A DNA stretch of 64,000 nt from Acetatifactor muris (GCA_023663635.1 JAMPHD010000001.1:390383-454382); one strand, 5' to 3'. Positions 37,659-46,995 are shown, numbered from the stretch's first letter. Notes: generated by a model from the letters alone, not told the origin. Numbers and translations: made by a program.

Positions 37659-40307
37659 TCATGCATGGCGCTGTCTTTGTTTTTTGGCTCTCTCATATTC
37701 TCTGTCATGAATCTGCCTGCAGTGGGGGCATCTGCGGGTGCGCCTGTTGGAGAGATCCACCTCAAACCACTCTCCGCAGTCCTCGCATTGCACGAATTTG
37801 GTCTGCGGAATACTGATGTTTCGTGTCAGATTGTTCACAATATATTGTCCGTAGCAGAACCAGAGCAACTGTTTATAACGCTTTTGTCTGCCGTACAGAT
37901 ATTCTACCAACATATCCGTGACCGTTTCATCGGAGTATCCGAAACTGTGGAATTGTTCCCTCATCTGCCCGGCAATATAGTGCAGATTATCGATGTATTC
38001 ATCTTTGCGGTTGATCATGTACCGATACTGTCTGTTCAGGCTGTCGTACAGGTCGGCAACTTCCCTGCTGCAGACCATGGTCTTGTTACACATCATATTT
38101 CGATGATCGAGCGGGGCAAGATCCATGGAGCGGGTGTTGATGGGACTGTTGGGAATCCGGTCATAGATTCTGTTGACCAGACTGCCGTTTCGTGCCTGTA
38201 ACTGCGAATCTTCCTTATCTTTGGCGTATGCAAAGAATGCGGGGAGTTTCGCCTGAGTGTACTTGGCGATCCGTTCCCTGACTTCCCGGGGAAATTCCGG
38301 CTTATACAGGGTCTTGGCGAAGTCGATCACAAAGTTGTTTTGGCAGCACAGTTGCCGAACGCAGTCCAAAGCCTCCCGTTTTTCTTTTTCCGAACCGGAT
38401 AGGAAGACTTCATGATTCCAAATCTTGGAGATGCTGTTGCTGTAGGTGCCGATATTGCCTCCCGTGAAGGCCGCATATAATCCGTCATAGATTGTCTGAG
38501 GCGTCAGCGGGGTCGGCTCTGACTTGCGCATATTGTAATAGAGGGGGACAATGCCTTTCATATTGCGCTCCGCAACGCGGATAAAATCTTCATCCGCTAC
38601 CACCAGGGCTTTATCGCCATCCACATCGTACATTAAGATCTTGCTGATCAGATCATGGGTGCTCGCGTAGAGACCGTCCGTAGTGAACCATTCTCCGATC
38701 CGGTCGGCCCGTTCGCCGTATTCCACACAGGCCGCATTGATGCGTATGGCATGTTCCTTATACAGATGCGGACTCCGCAGACAGTCCAACCGGGGATGCC
38801 TTCTAAACATCCGGCAAAACACCTCATGATCCGCCAACAGGCCTTTCGGTTGTGGCGCGTGTCCGAACCAGTGCTCACAGGCGGCATAGAAATCGGGTAG
38901 CAGAAAGGCGTATTTGCCGTTTATTTCCAATCGGCCGCTGCGATATTTTTGCACAAGGCTGTTTTTGATGTCCCGTATCATGTCCTTGGTATAGGTGTCG
39001 TTGAGCAGAGCGGGGTACATTTTTACGGATTTTTGAAAGGCCGTCATGTCGGTGTTGTAGGGAGTGATGCCCAGTATTTCAATCATGGTCTCGCGGGAAT
39101 TGCATATATTGCGGATGCGTTCGGACGATCTTCGGGTGATCAGATCGACTTCCTCATCCGTTACGTCAGTGAGCGTCTGCAGCATCTGGTAATTGATCTT
39201 GGCATTCCTGCCCCTCTGTTCTTCTCTGTTGCATATTCCCGCGCGACAATGGTATTTTTTGAAACAGTCCTTGTACTCATCCCAGGAATCGTAGTACCGG
39301 TACATCTTAAACTGACTTTTGGTAAAAATAATGCGGATGTCTTCCTCTATAATATTGTGCTCTCTGCCGTACAGGTCCGTGATGACGGGAGAGCAGTCGT
39401 TGACCGTCACAAACTTTCTAAAGTCGAATACGCCCAACAACCCCTTGATCCAAGGGGCGCGGAACATGAAATTTTTGTCGGAGACGTAGGGGAGCATCAT
39501 GCCGGCTCCGTCAGTGTGGGGAATCGGTATGTAGTCGGATTTTCTTGTGATGGAATAATCCGTTTCGTCCACGAAGTCAAAGGTGCCATATACATTCGTC
39601 TCAAAATCATCCACCACGATGGTCCGGTCGATATCAAAATCTCTCCACTCGGTGGTGGCAGAGTTGGTCAGAGCCATATAGGCCAGATGCTTATTGACAT
39701 TATTGCCGCCCCGTGAGTTGATCCTGTCGATGGTGAGTCCGCACATGACGGAGGATTCGATCCGATTCCACACGGTCTCTTTGATAAAGACAGCCTTCTT
39801 CTTGCGGATCTGCCCGGCTGAGGAGGTAAAGTACCGATATCGCTCACCCGCATACATAAAGCCGTGGAAGGCAATATCCTTAAAAATGTCAAAGTAGTAC
39901 ACCTGAACGATCATCAGCGCGTCCGTCAGTTCATCCCGGCCGATACCGATGGCGCGGCTGAGATAGGAGTCGAAGACGGAGACGATATCGGTATCTTTCA
40001 GACTGCCGTCTCGGACGCTGCGGATATGGTCCCGCCCGGCAGTCCGCTCATTTTGTGACACTTTGTGGGACAGAAGGGTCAACATTTTCTCTTTGGTTTC
40101 CCTGATCTTAGCCTTCTTATGCGTAGTAAGGTTCTCCCAATGTCTGCGGGCAGCAGGTGACATTTCCGTTTGGACTTTGGTACGGCTGTCCCTGAGTTGG
40201 AGAAGTTCGCAGCGATACCTGCGGATCCGGTCATGCAGATTCTGCTCGCGGTTACTGTAAAAGTGTGCCGTATCTATGGAATAGACATAATATAATTGGT
40301 CCTGCAT
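37659..40307 (-). CDS. YonO-like single-subunit DNA-dependent RNA polymerase homolog
   Basis: It is 882 aa. It contains the DVDGD (DxDGD) catalytic metal-binding motif of double-psi beta-barrel RNAPs and a C-terminal CxxC...CxxC zinc ribbon. It lies adjacent to an HU-like gene, as in SPbeta yonO-yonN. Confidence 0.6.
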   Translation of the reverse strand: MQDQLYYVYSIDTAHFYSNREQNLHDRIRRYRCELLQLRDSRTKVQTEMSPAARRHWENLTTHKKAKIRETKEKMLTLLSHKVSQNERTAGRDHIRSVRDGSLKDTDIVSVFDSYLSRAIGIGRDELTDALMIVQVYYFDIFKDIAFHGFMYAGERYRYFTSSAGQIRKKKAVFIKETVWNRIESSVMCGLTIDRINSRGGNNVNKHLAYMALTNSATTEWRDFDIDRTIVVDDFETNVYGTFDFVDETDYSITRKSDYIPIPHTDGAGMMLPYVSDKNFMFRAPWIKGLLGVFDFRKFVTVNDCSPVITDLYGREHNIIEEDIRIIFTKSQFKMYRYYDSWDEYKDCFKKYHCRAGICNREEQRGRNAKINYQMLQTLTDVTDEEVDLITRRSSERIRNICNSRETMIEILGITPYNTDMTAFQKSVKMYPALLNDTYTKDMIRDIKNSLVQKYRSGRLEINGKYAFLLPDFYAACEHWFGHAPQPKGLLADHEVFCRMFRRHPRLDCLRSPHLYKEHAIRINAACVEYGERADRIGEWFTTDGLYASTHDLISKILMYDVDGDKALVVADEDFIRVAERNMKGIVPLYYNMRKSEPTPLTPQTIYDGLYAAFTGGNIGTYSNSISKIWNHEVFLSGSEKEKREALDCVRQLCCQNNFVIDFAKTLYKPEFPREVRERIAKYTQAKLPAFFAYAKDKEDSQLQARNGSLVNRIYDRIPNSPINTRSMDLAPLDHRNMMCNKTMVCSREVADLYDSLNRQYRYMINRKDEYIDNLHYIAGQMREQFHSFGYSDETVTDMLVEYLYGRQKRYKQLLWFCYGQYIVNNLTRNISIPQTKFVQCEDCGEWFEVDLSNRRTRRCPHCRQIHDREYERAKKQRQRHA

Positions 40308-40317
40308 ACTGTGCCTC

Positions 40318-40836
40318 CTATGCCAAAATGTCAGAGTGGCGCCTGTTGCGGCGGGGCTTTATGTCGAGCCATACTTCCCAGTAGCCGTCACAATAGCGGG
40401 TCCGCAGGGTGTCGGGATAGAATTTGGCCAGCTCCATGATCTGAAAAATGTAATAGCAGTAATCTTTCCGACCTGCACGGATATTGTCCGACACATCGCT
40501 TATGTAGGCGCAATATCGCTGCCAGTTGGTGGGACCGCTGTATTGGCCTCTTGTCTCCTCATTCCAGAGGCCGGATTCCTTGGAGTAATGACCGGTCGGA
40601 CGGTTTATATGATCCGGGCAGGGGGTGATGAACAGTTTTCTCAGATAAAATTCTTTCTGCCATTTCTCATCGGTGAGAGCAGCGGAGGGCCTCCCGTCAG
40701 TATTGGATATCAGTTTCCTGCGTTTCAGTTCTTCCAATCCCATGGCCCTGTACCGCTGTTCGGCCCGGGCGATCGTCTCATCGGTATGCGGGCATACCGG
40801 CGCAAAATATGGAGTTGTCTGTGTGATTGTTGTCAT
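40318..40836 (-). CDS. hypothetical protein (Cys/Tyr-rich)
   Basis: An AAGGAGGA ribosome-binding site precedes the ATG at 40836. It is the first gene of the minus-strand operon downstream of the SOS-box region. Confidence 0.45.
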   Translation of the reverse strand: MTTITQTTPYFAPVCPHTDETIARAEQRYRAMGLEELKRRKLISNTDGRPSAALTDEKWQKEFYLRKLFITPCPDHINRPTGHYSKESGLWNEETRGQYSGPTNWQRYCAYISDVSDNIRAGRKDYCYYIFQIMELAKFYPDTLRTRYCDGYWEVWLDIKPRRNRRHSDILA

Positions 40837-40928
40837 GTGTCTCAAATCCTCCTTAGTTGGTTGAATCAGGTGGCGGTATGATATATTTCTCCGTTTTGCC
40901 GGGAACACATCTCAAAAAATCCAATTTT

Positions 40929-40980
40929 AGAACAAATGTTCGAAAATTTTATTGACAAATCAGAACGCATGTTCTATACT
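40929..40980 (+). promoter_or_regulatory. divergent promoter region with two LexA/Cheo boxes (AGAACAAATGTTCG, AGAACGCATGTTCT). The second lies in the spacer of TTGACA-17-TATACT.
   Basis: Direct read. The GAAC-N4-GTTC pattern is the Gram-positive SOS box consensus. Confidence 0.6.
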
Positions 40981-41027
40981 GACATTGTAAAGAAATTTGA
41001 GCAACAAATATCGGGATCAGGTGGTGG

Positions 41028-41591
41028 TTGGAAATGGAACAAATGCTAAATGCTTATTATGCGGATAATGCGTCCAAACTGCATAGGACAGTGGATCGGA
41101 TCCTGCAAAAGTATGGCGGTTTATCAGGTAAGGACAGAGATGATTTCTATTCACTTGCCAATGAGGTGTTCGCGGAGGCCATAAAACGTTATGACCGGTC
41201 GCAGACCTTTGACGGTTTTCTGTATATCTGTCTGAATAATCGCATTAAGACGGAGATAACGCGAAGAAATCGAGAGAAACGTAAGGTGGACAGAGTATGT
41301 ATTTCCATGGATATGCCGATCGGTGACGATGAAGATTCCACTTTGGCAGATGTGATCACGGATGATTTTAACTTGGAGGAAACGGTGTTGGCCGGATCAA
41401 ATGAAGGGTACGGCAAACGACTGTCAGCGTATCTCGCCAGATTGTCAGAGTTGCAGAGGAGGGTGTTGAGACTGGATGCCGCAGGCTATCTGCCCCATGA
41501 GATCAGGGAGAAACTGCAGATTACGGAGAGACAGTATGCGGATTGCAACGCAGCAATCCATTCCTACAGAAATATATCACTGTTGCTCTGA
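41028..41591 (+). CDS. group-5 (TcdR/UviA/BotR-like) alternative sigma-70 family factor
   Basis: It is 187 aa with region 2 (YD...FxxY) and a region 4 HTH (LSELQRRVLRLDAAGYLPHEIREKLQITERQ). It sits directly downstream of the LexA-box promoter. Confidence 0.72.
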   Translation: MEMEQMLNAYYADNASKLHRTVDRILQKYGGLSGKDRDDFYSLANEVFAEAIKRYDRSQTFDGFLYICLNNRIKTEITRRNREKRKVDRVCISMDMPIGDDEDSTLADVITDDFNLEETVLAGSNEGYGKRLSAYLARLSELQRRVLRLDAAGYLPHEIREKLQITERQYADCNAAIHSYRNISLLL

Positions 41592-41610
41592 TGAAAAGGA
41601 GGGCATCAAA

Positions 41611-42678
41611 ATGGCAAAACCGCGCAGACAGACTTATACGATGGATATGTATCTCCATAAAGTGTCGGATGCCGACATTCGCAATGACGCGGATGTGCAG
41701 AGGCAATTTATCTGGAGCAGGGAGCAGATCGATGAACTGGTGATGACGGTCCTTGCGGATGACTATATTCCGCCGATCGTCCTCGGAGAGGAGGACAGTT
41801 CCCAATTGTGGATCGTGGATGGCGGACAGCGCACGATGGCTTTGGCCAAATTTCGTTATGGGAATCATAAGATCATTCCAGGGAAGAAGAACTCACGAAT
41901 TTCCTATAAGAAGAAAGAACGGGATGATTCAGGCAAGATCGTATGGGAGGACGCCGTCTGCGATATTCGCAATAAGACTTATGACAAACTGCCGGAGGAG
42001 CTGAGAAAGCAGTTTAATGAATATCAGATAGAGACGGTCATTCATGAACACTGTGACAACCATAGGATCTCCCAACTGATCAAAAGATATAACAATCACA
42101 CTGCAATGAACACGAATCAGAAGGCATTTACCTATATCGATCGTTTTGCCAGGGATATCCGCGAGATCTCGGAGAGCGGTTTCTTTGTGGAATACAGTGA
42201 GTATTCCGAGAAGGAGAAGAGCAAGGGGGTGGTGGAACGCGTGATTGTGGAGACCGTGATGTGTACCAATCACTTGAACGATTGGAAGAAACAGACCGGA
42301 GCGATCTGCATATATTTGAACCGGAATGCCGCAAAGGAGGAGTTTACAGAGCTGGCAGAACGGATTCATCGACTGGAACGGGTGATCACGGAGGATATCA
42401 AAAGTATATTTAACAGCAGGGATTCCTTTTTGTTCCTGACTTTGTTTGAACGATTTACAAGGTCGGGAATGGAGGATGTGCTGTTTGCGCAATTCCTGAG
42501 AGAATTTAAAAACCACCTCAGACAGACGAGGATGGATGGTGTGCTATTTGACGAGACAGGCAAGGAGAAAGGGAGTAAGAACAAGGCGGTCATTCTTGCC
42601 AAGTTGGACATATTGGAAAGGATGATGTGGGATTTTTTGCGGTCGGAGGAGGAATCCGATAAAAATAAAATGCGATAA
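41611..42678 (+). CDS. DUF262 (ParB/Srx-like nuclease superfamily) domain protein
   Basis: It has the LWIVDGGQRTMAL (DGxxR) signature. An AAAGGAGGG ribosome-binding site is present. It is co-oriented 20 bp after the sigma gene. No DUF1524/HNH-like C-terminal domain is apparent. Confidence 0.62.
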   Translation: MAKPRRQTYTMDMYLHKVSDADIRNDADVQRQFIWSREQIDELVMTVLADDYIPPIVLGEEDSSQLWIVDGGQRTMALAKFRYGNHKIIPGKKNSRISYKKKERDDSGKIVWEDAVCDIRNKTYDKLPEELRKQFNEYQIETVIHEHCDNHRISQLIKRYNNHTAMNTNQKAFTYIDRFARDIREISESGFFVEYSEYSEKEKSKGVVERVIVETVMCTNHLNDWKKQTGAICIYLNRNAAKEEFTELAERIHRLERVITEDIKSIFNSRDSFLFLTLFERFTRSGMEDVLFAQFLREFKNHLRQTRMDGVLFDETGKEKGSKNKAVILAKLDILERMMWDFLRSEEESDKNKMR

Positions 42679-42717
42679 ACATGGTATTTCTACCGCATTT
42701 ATCGCATTTGACGAGCT

Positions 42718-43140
42718 CTATTTATTTGTTATTAAAACGGTAATGACAAAATCGTTGTACTCATTGTCGCTCAGGTCTTCAATGGCAATGGTGTATATGT
42801 TGCCGATGATCTTGCCGGCGCTGTTCAACATATTGGTATTGGAGACGGTCTGTTTGATGTTGATATCAAAGTTGGAACTCTCCATTTCCACCTCGACTCT
42901 CAAATTTGCCCCACCGGCATATTTTTTGGAGTCGATGCCCAGGAGTTGGTGCTTGTTGGTTGCTTCATCGTTACTAATTATGGAATACGTTTTGGTATCA
43001 TCTTTCAGAGTGATCTTCCCGATGCTCCAACAGCTTGATATAGCAGAGATGGTCATTCGTTGTCCGCGTTTCACGTTCGTTAATACGCACTGTGATGATG
43101 CTGAGTGTTTCATGTTCGGTTCCTCCTTTGAAAAATGCAA
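42718..43140 (-). CDS. hypothetical protein (AT-rich)
   Basis: A 140-aa ORF in an AT-rich patch. The true start may be the internal MKHSASS. Confidence 0.35.
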   Translation of the reverse strand: MHFSKEEPNMKHSASSQCVLTNVKRGQRMTISAISSCWSIGKITLKDDTKTYSIISNDEATNKHQLLGIDSKKYAGGANLRVEVEMESSNFDINIKQTVSNTNMLNSAGKIIGNIYTIAIEDLSDNEYNDFVITVLITNK

Positions 43141-43272
43141 TTAATGTTATGTATTAATTATACAGTAATATAATATTATGTCAATAAATAAATACAAAAT
43201 ATTGCTGAAAATGTGGGAAAGATGTGATTTGGCCTATGGTTTCTTCGAAATTTGTCGGACTGATACAAATAT

Positions 43273-43914
43273 TTACAGAAACATACCCAACAGATTGGCA
43301 AGGAAATGCGCTAAACCGCTGCACCATGCATTGTCCGTCTTCCTGAAGATCCATCCATAGAAGAGTGAATTGATGAAAATGAATACCAAGTCATATAAAA
43401 CGACGATCGCGTTTCCGAAATTGAAATGTCCCATCGCGAACAGGACAGATGTAAGGAGCAATGCCGGTATAAAGGGCATCATTTTGGAAGTCTGTTTCTG
43501 GAAAAATGCTCTCCATGCGATTTCTTCGCCCAATGCGAGCACGAGCAGCTCCAGGATCAATTTGGGCAGTTCGGCGGGGTTCAAAAACCCTGTTCTGGAA
43601 TTTAAATGCTCTATATATTCCGGCAAACAGTATCTTGCGATCCCAAAGCACAGCACATTCATGATCGCCGGCATGAAGACCAACAGGATGACTTTTTTAT
43701 CTTTGAGGGAGCCCGCAAATGATTTAAGATCCAACCCCTCCTTTTTGGACGCATTTGTCTTGCGGGTAGTAAAAAATGCCACGATGCCGACAATGACCGA
43801 CAGTCCCGCTAATTTTAAGGTTTCTCCGTTAAATTCCAAATTTAGAACATTGGTAAATGATAAAATGGTCATGATGATAACTAAGATCCATATGGATTTG
43901 TTTAGCTTTTTCAT
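43273..43914 (-). CDS. CPBP-family (CAAX/Abi) intramembrane metalloprotease
   Basis: It has an EEIAWRAF (ExxxR) motif and a C-terminal FxxxH. It has multiple TM helices and is AT-rich. Confidence 0.72.
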   Translation of the reverse strand: MKKLNKSIWILVIIMTILSFTNVLNLEFNGETLKLAGLSVIVGIVAFFTTRKTNASKKEGLDLKSFAGSLKDKKVILLVFMPAIMNVLCFGIARYCLPEYIEHLNSRTGFLNPAELPKLILELLVLALGEEIAWRAFFQKQTSKMMPFIPALLLTSVLFAMGHFNFGNAIVVLYDLVFIFINSLFYGWIFRKTDNAWCSGLAHFLANLLGMFL

Positions 43915-43933
43915 ATACTTTCTCCCTGTTTGT

Positions 43934-44497
43934 CTACTCATGCAAAGCAAGTATCGCGCCTGTATAGACCCGCTCCAAGTGCGTTGTTATGAGTTCTTCA
44001 TCATATTCCAATGAATTGTTGGCGATGATAGAGGCATATCCGTGAACAAACAGCGCAAGCGTTACAAAGACTTCTTTGGTCTGCTCCATGTCCGTCTTCA
44101 TGGCCTTCTGCATGGCAAAGAGCACAGGCGTGAGTTCCTCCGAGTCTACCATCTCAAGCAGACTGTTTTCAACGGCAAAACCCGATTGAAAGAGAAAACG
44201 GAACAGATTCGGTTCCTCCACCGCGAAACGGATATAATTTATCCCAATCCGCAGCATGACATTTTCCTGCGTCCCCGGAATGTTCATCAGATATTCCGTA
44301 TGATAGGCATTCGTTTTGGCGTAGACCGCTCTTTTCAATTCCTCAATGGTTGCAAAATGGTACATGATAGGCTGTGTGGAGCAGCCAAGCCTTTGGGAGA
44401 CGATCCGCGCGTTGACCTTTTCCGCTCCCTCGGCCCTTGTGACTTCAAAAGCCGCGTTTATCACCATTTCTTTTGTGATTTTTGCTTTCGGCGGCAT
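43934..44497 (-). CDS. TetR/AcrR-family transcriptional regulator
   Basis: The N-terminal HTH reads ITKEMVINAAFEVTRAEGAEKVNARIVSQRLGCSTQPIMYHF. Confidence 0.8.
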   Translation of the reverse strand: MPPKAKITKEMVINAAFEVTRAEGAEKVNARIVSQRLGCSTQPIMYHFATIEELKRAVYAKTNAYHTEYLMNIPGTQENVMLRIGINYIRFAVEEPNLFRFLFQSGFAVENSLLEMVDSEELTPVLFAMQKAMKTDMEQTKEVFVTLALFVHGYASIIANNSLEYDEELITTHLERVYTGAILALHE

Positions 44498-44736
44498 GTT
44501 CTTCTCCTTCTCTTATAATAATTGATGTTATATAACAATAATTATATATGTGGATTTTGATTTGTCAACAGGTTTGTGAAATTTGAGGATTTATGCCGCT
44601 TGGGGAATCCGAGGGTTTGCACCGGGGAAATTTACCTATTTACGATATCCTGTGGATGGTTTCAGGGGTAAAAAGGGTATTTCACCAAAGGGCGGGAAGA
44701 TGTATAATGGAAAAAAGAAGATCAGGGAGGCAGTCT

Positions 44737-45546
44737 ATGTTTTGGCGAAGGGGAAATTACGAATACAATACGGTTGAAGGCATTGTGGGACATATAACCG
44801 GCGGCATGGGATATGTGGCCCAAGGGACATGGTTCGTCGGGGTCACGGCCAACGCCGTTCAAAGCCTGCATGCGCACCGGATTGACACGGAGGATCAACA
44901 GGCGCGGAACTTTGTCTGTTGGGACATTCCTTTTGCGTCCGCGAAAGCCTGTAAGGAGGCGCTGTTGGCGTTGGAGGGATACCGGTTTATCAGCGATGAT
45001 GAGAGCGATTTTCTTGATGATACTTATCCCAATTCTTTTATTTACCTGTATCAGGTCCGGGAGCAGTATACGGTGCAGCACATTGACGTCTCCGGATTTC
45101 GGCCGGTGAAAGCGCTCCCGGGCAGACCTGTTATCGTGACGGAAGAATCCCGTGACGGCAGGGAGACTGTCACAAGGTATGGCGATGATTTTGACAAGGC
45201 TGCCCGGGCCGGGCTGGTGGAACGGATCCGGCAGAAATTCCTTGCCGGTCAGTTGAACTCTTTGAAAATCGTACATAGAAGCATTGCCGAGCTGCGGTTC
45301 GTATTCGGGGAGGGCTGCTGTGCCATCAGTTATGACGCGCAGACTTCGCAGGCAGGGTATATTCAAAGTTACCGCAGTGGGAGCCGTTCCCGAAAGCCGG
45401 TTCTGTTTTTTGAGGGCTCTTATCCCGAATACATGGTATGCAGGGATGTGGATGAGTTTACGGCCATCCTGCAGTATTTCCTGGAAAAAGACCGCAAGCC
45501 CGGAAAGCGGCAAAATGTAAAATGGGTTGCGGTCGTGGAGGAATGA
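44737..45546 (+). CDS. hypothetical protein
   Basis: A GGGAGG ribosome-binding site lies 6 nt before the ATG. A TGTATAAT extended -10 is at 44699-44706. No family was recognised. Confidence 0.45.
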   Translation: MFWRRGNYEYNTVEGIVGHITGGMGYVAQGTWFVGVTANAVQSLHAHRIDTEDQQARNFVCWDIPFASAKACKEALLALEGYRFISDDESDFLDDTYPNSFIYLYQVREQYTVQHIDVSGFRPVKALPGRPVIVTEESRDGRETVTRYGDDFDKAARAGLVERIRQKFLAGQLNSLKIVHRSIAELRFVFGEGCCAISYDAQTSQAGYIQSYRSGSRSRKPVLFFEGSYPEYMVCRDVDEFTAILQYFLEKDRKPGKRQNVKWVAVVEE

Positions 45547-45676
45547 GATAAGGGGGAATTTTTGAAAAAATTGAATAAAGCCTTGACTGTAAACCTTGTT
45601 GATACCTTATATTTCAAGGAAGACTGTTTTATATGGTCATACTCAAAGAAGAAAAATATTGGCAGGGGGTAAGTGT

Positions 45677-46519
45677 ATGACAATAAAAGAAGTTGAGGCG
45701 CAGACAGGATTAACACGCTCCAACATACGTTTTTATGAAAAAGAAAAATTGATAGAACCGTCACGAAATGAACAAAACGGATACAGGGATTATTCTGAAA
45801 AAGACATTGAAAATATTAGAAAAATCGCTTATTTGCGTACATTGCAGATTTCCGTTGAGGATATTCGTAATATCATATCCGGTAAAGTGTCATTGACAGA
45901 AATTATAGAGAAACAAGTGGCAACGATACAGACACAAACAGAGGATTTAAATAAAGCGAAAATCATGTGTGAAAGACTGCTTGAATCCGGAAATGTCAGC
46001 TTTGATGAATTACAGGTGGAAAAATATGTGGAAGATTTGGAAACTTATTGGAAAGATAATAAACTTGTCTTCAAACCGGATTCGGTTAGTTTTCTGTATA
46101 TATGGGGCAGTCTTATTACATGGGCGGTCATTACATCATTATGTTTAGTGATCGGAGTAGCATCATACGCGAAGTTACCGGCAGAAATTCCTGTTCAATG
46201 GAATAATGGAATAGTAACTTCGGTTGCAGATAAAAAAATTATATTTGTATATCCGCTGGTTTGTATCTGTATCCGTATTTTGTTAAGACCGTTTATCTAT
46301 GTGAGATTTTTAATGAACTGTCTCTATGGAGAGCTTGTAACAGAATATTTATCAAACTGGTTATGTTTTATCGCGCTGTCAATAGAAGTGTTTTCTATAT
46401 TATTTGTATATGGATTGATAAAGAGTATAGTCGCTGTTTTGCTTGCAGATACTGTCGTATTTATCGGGATATTAATTGCGGGAATTATTAAATCAAATCA
46501 CAATTTTGCAAAGACGTAA
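45677..46519 (+). CDS. MerR-family regulator fused to a C-terminal multi-TM domain
   Basis: The N-terminal HTH is MTIKEVEAQTGLTRSNIRFYEKEKLI. The C-terminal half is hydrophobic. The gene is AT-rich. Confidence 0.7.
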   Translation: MTIKEVEAQTGLTRSNIRFYEKEKLIEPSRNEQNGYRDYSEKDIENIRKIAYLRTLQISVEDIRNIISGKVSLTEIIEKQVATIQTQTEDLNKAKIMCERLLESGNVSFDELQVEKYVEDLETYWKDNKLVFKPDSVSFLYIWGSLITWAVITSLCLVIGVASYAKLPAEIPVQWNNGIVTSVADKKIIFVYPLVCICIRILLRPFIYVRFLMNCLYGELVTEYLSNWLCFIALSIEVFSILFVYGLIKSIVAVLLADTVVFIGILIAGIIKSNHNFAKT

Positions 46520-46719
46520 TACACTATGCGGCAATAAAGTGACCAAAATGTAACCGGTAGTTTTGTTTTCGAGCGGGAATCTCACTTACAAAACGGGACT
46601 CTCTCCTTGTTATTCACCCAACCGTCATTGGTGTACAAGTCTGAACTGTATAATGCACAAACATTGTATTGACGAAATGTATTGTGGATAATATAATAAT
46701 ATAAGGAAGGAGTGATTTT

Positions 46720-46995
46720 ATGGCAACAACTAATATAACGATGCGGATAGATACAGGGGTAAAAGCACAGTTACAAGAACTGATGTCGGAGCTTGGATTA
46801 GATATGACAACCTTTTTTACTATGGCGGCAAAACAGGCAATCAGGGAACAGAGAATACCGTTTGAGATTTCAAGAGATATTCCTAATGCAGAAACAATTG
46901 ATGCTATAAAAGAGGTAAAAATGATGAAACAGAATCCTTCTATTGGTAAATCTTATACGGACGTTGACAAAATGATGGAGGAATTATTGTTATGA
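46720..46995 (+). CDS. dinJ: type II antitoxin, RelB/DinJ family
   Basis: The 91-aa ribbon-helix-helix-like N-terminus (NITMRIDTGVKAQLQE) is followed by yafQ with a 4-nt overlap. Confidence 0.78.
   Translation: MATTNITMRIDTGVKAQLQELMSELGLDMTTFFTMAAKQAIREQRIPFEISRDIPNAETIDAIKEVKMMKQNPSIGKSYTDVDKMMEELLL

Larger units (their letters stand above)
17765..40908. mobile_element. phage-derived element (headless tail/lysis/transcription module; tailocin-like or defective SPbeta-like prophage)
   Basis: Tail fiber, Dit/Tal-like and tape-measure genes, holin+endolysin, an HU-like protein and a YonO-like RNAP lie together on the minus strand. GC is lower (~50%) than the flanks (~60%). No integrase, terminase, portal or capsid ORFs were seen. 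Confidence 0.6.

Noticed and set aside
38949-39716. 255-aa plus-strand ORF
   Set aside because: It is antisense to the YonO-like gene.
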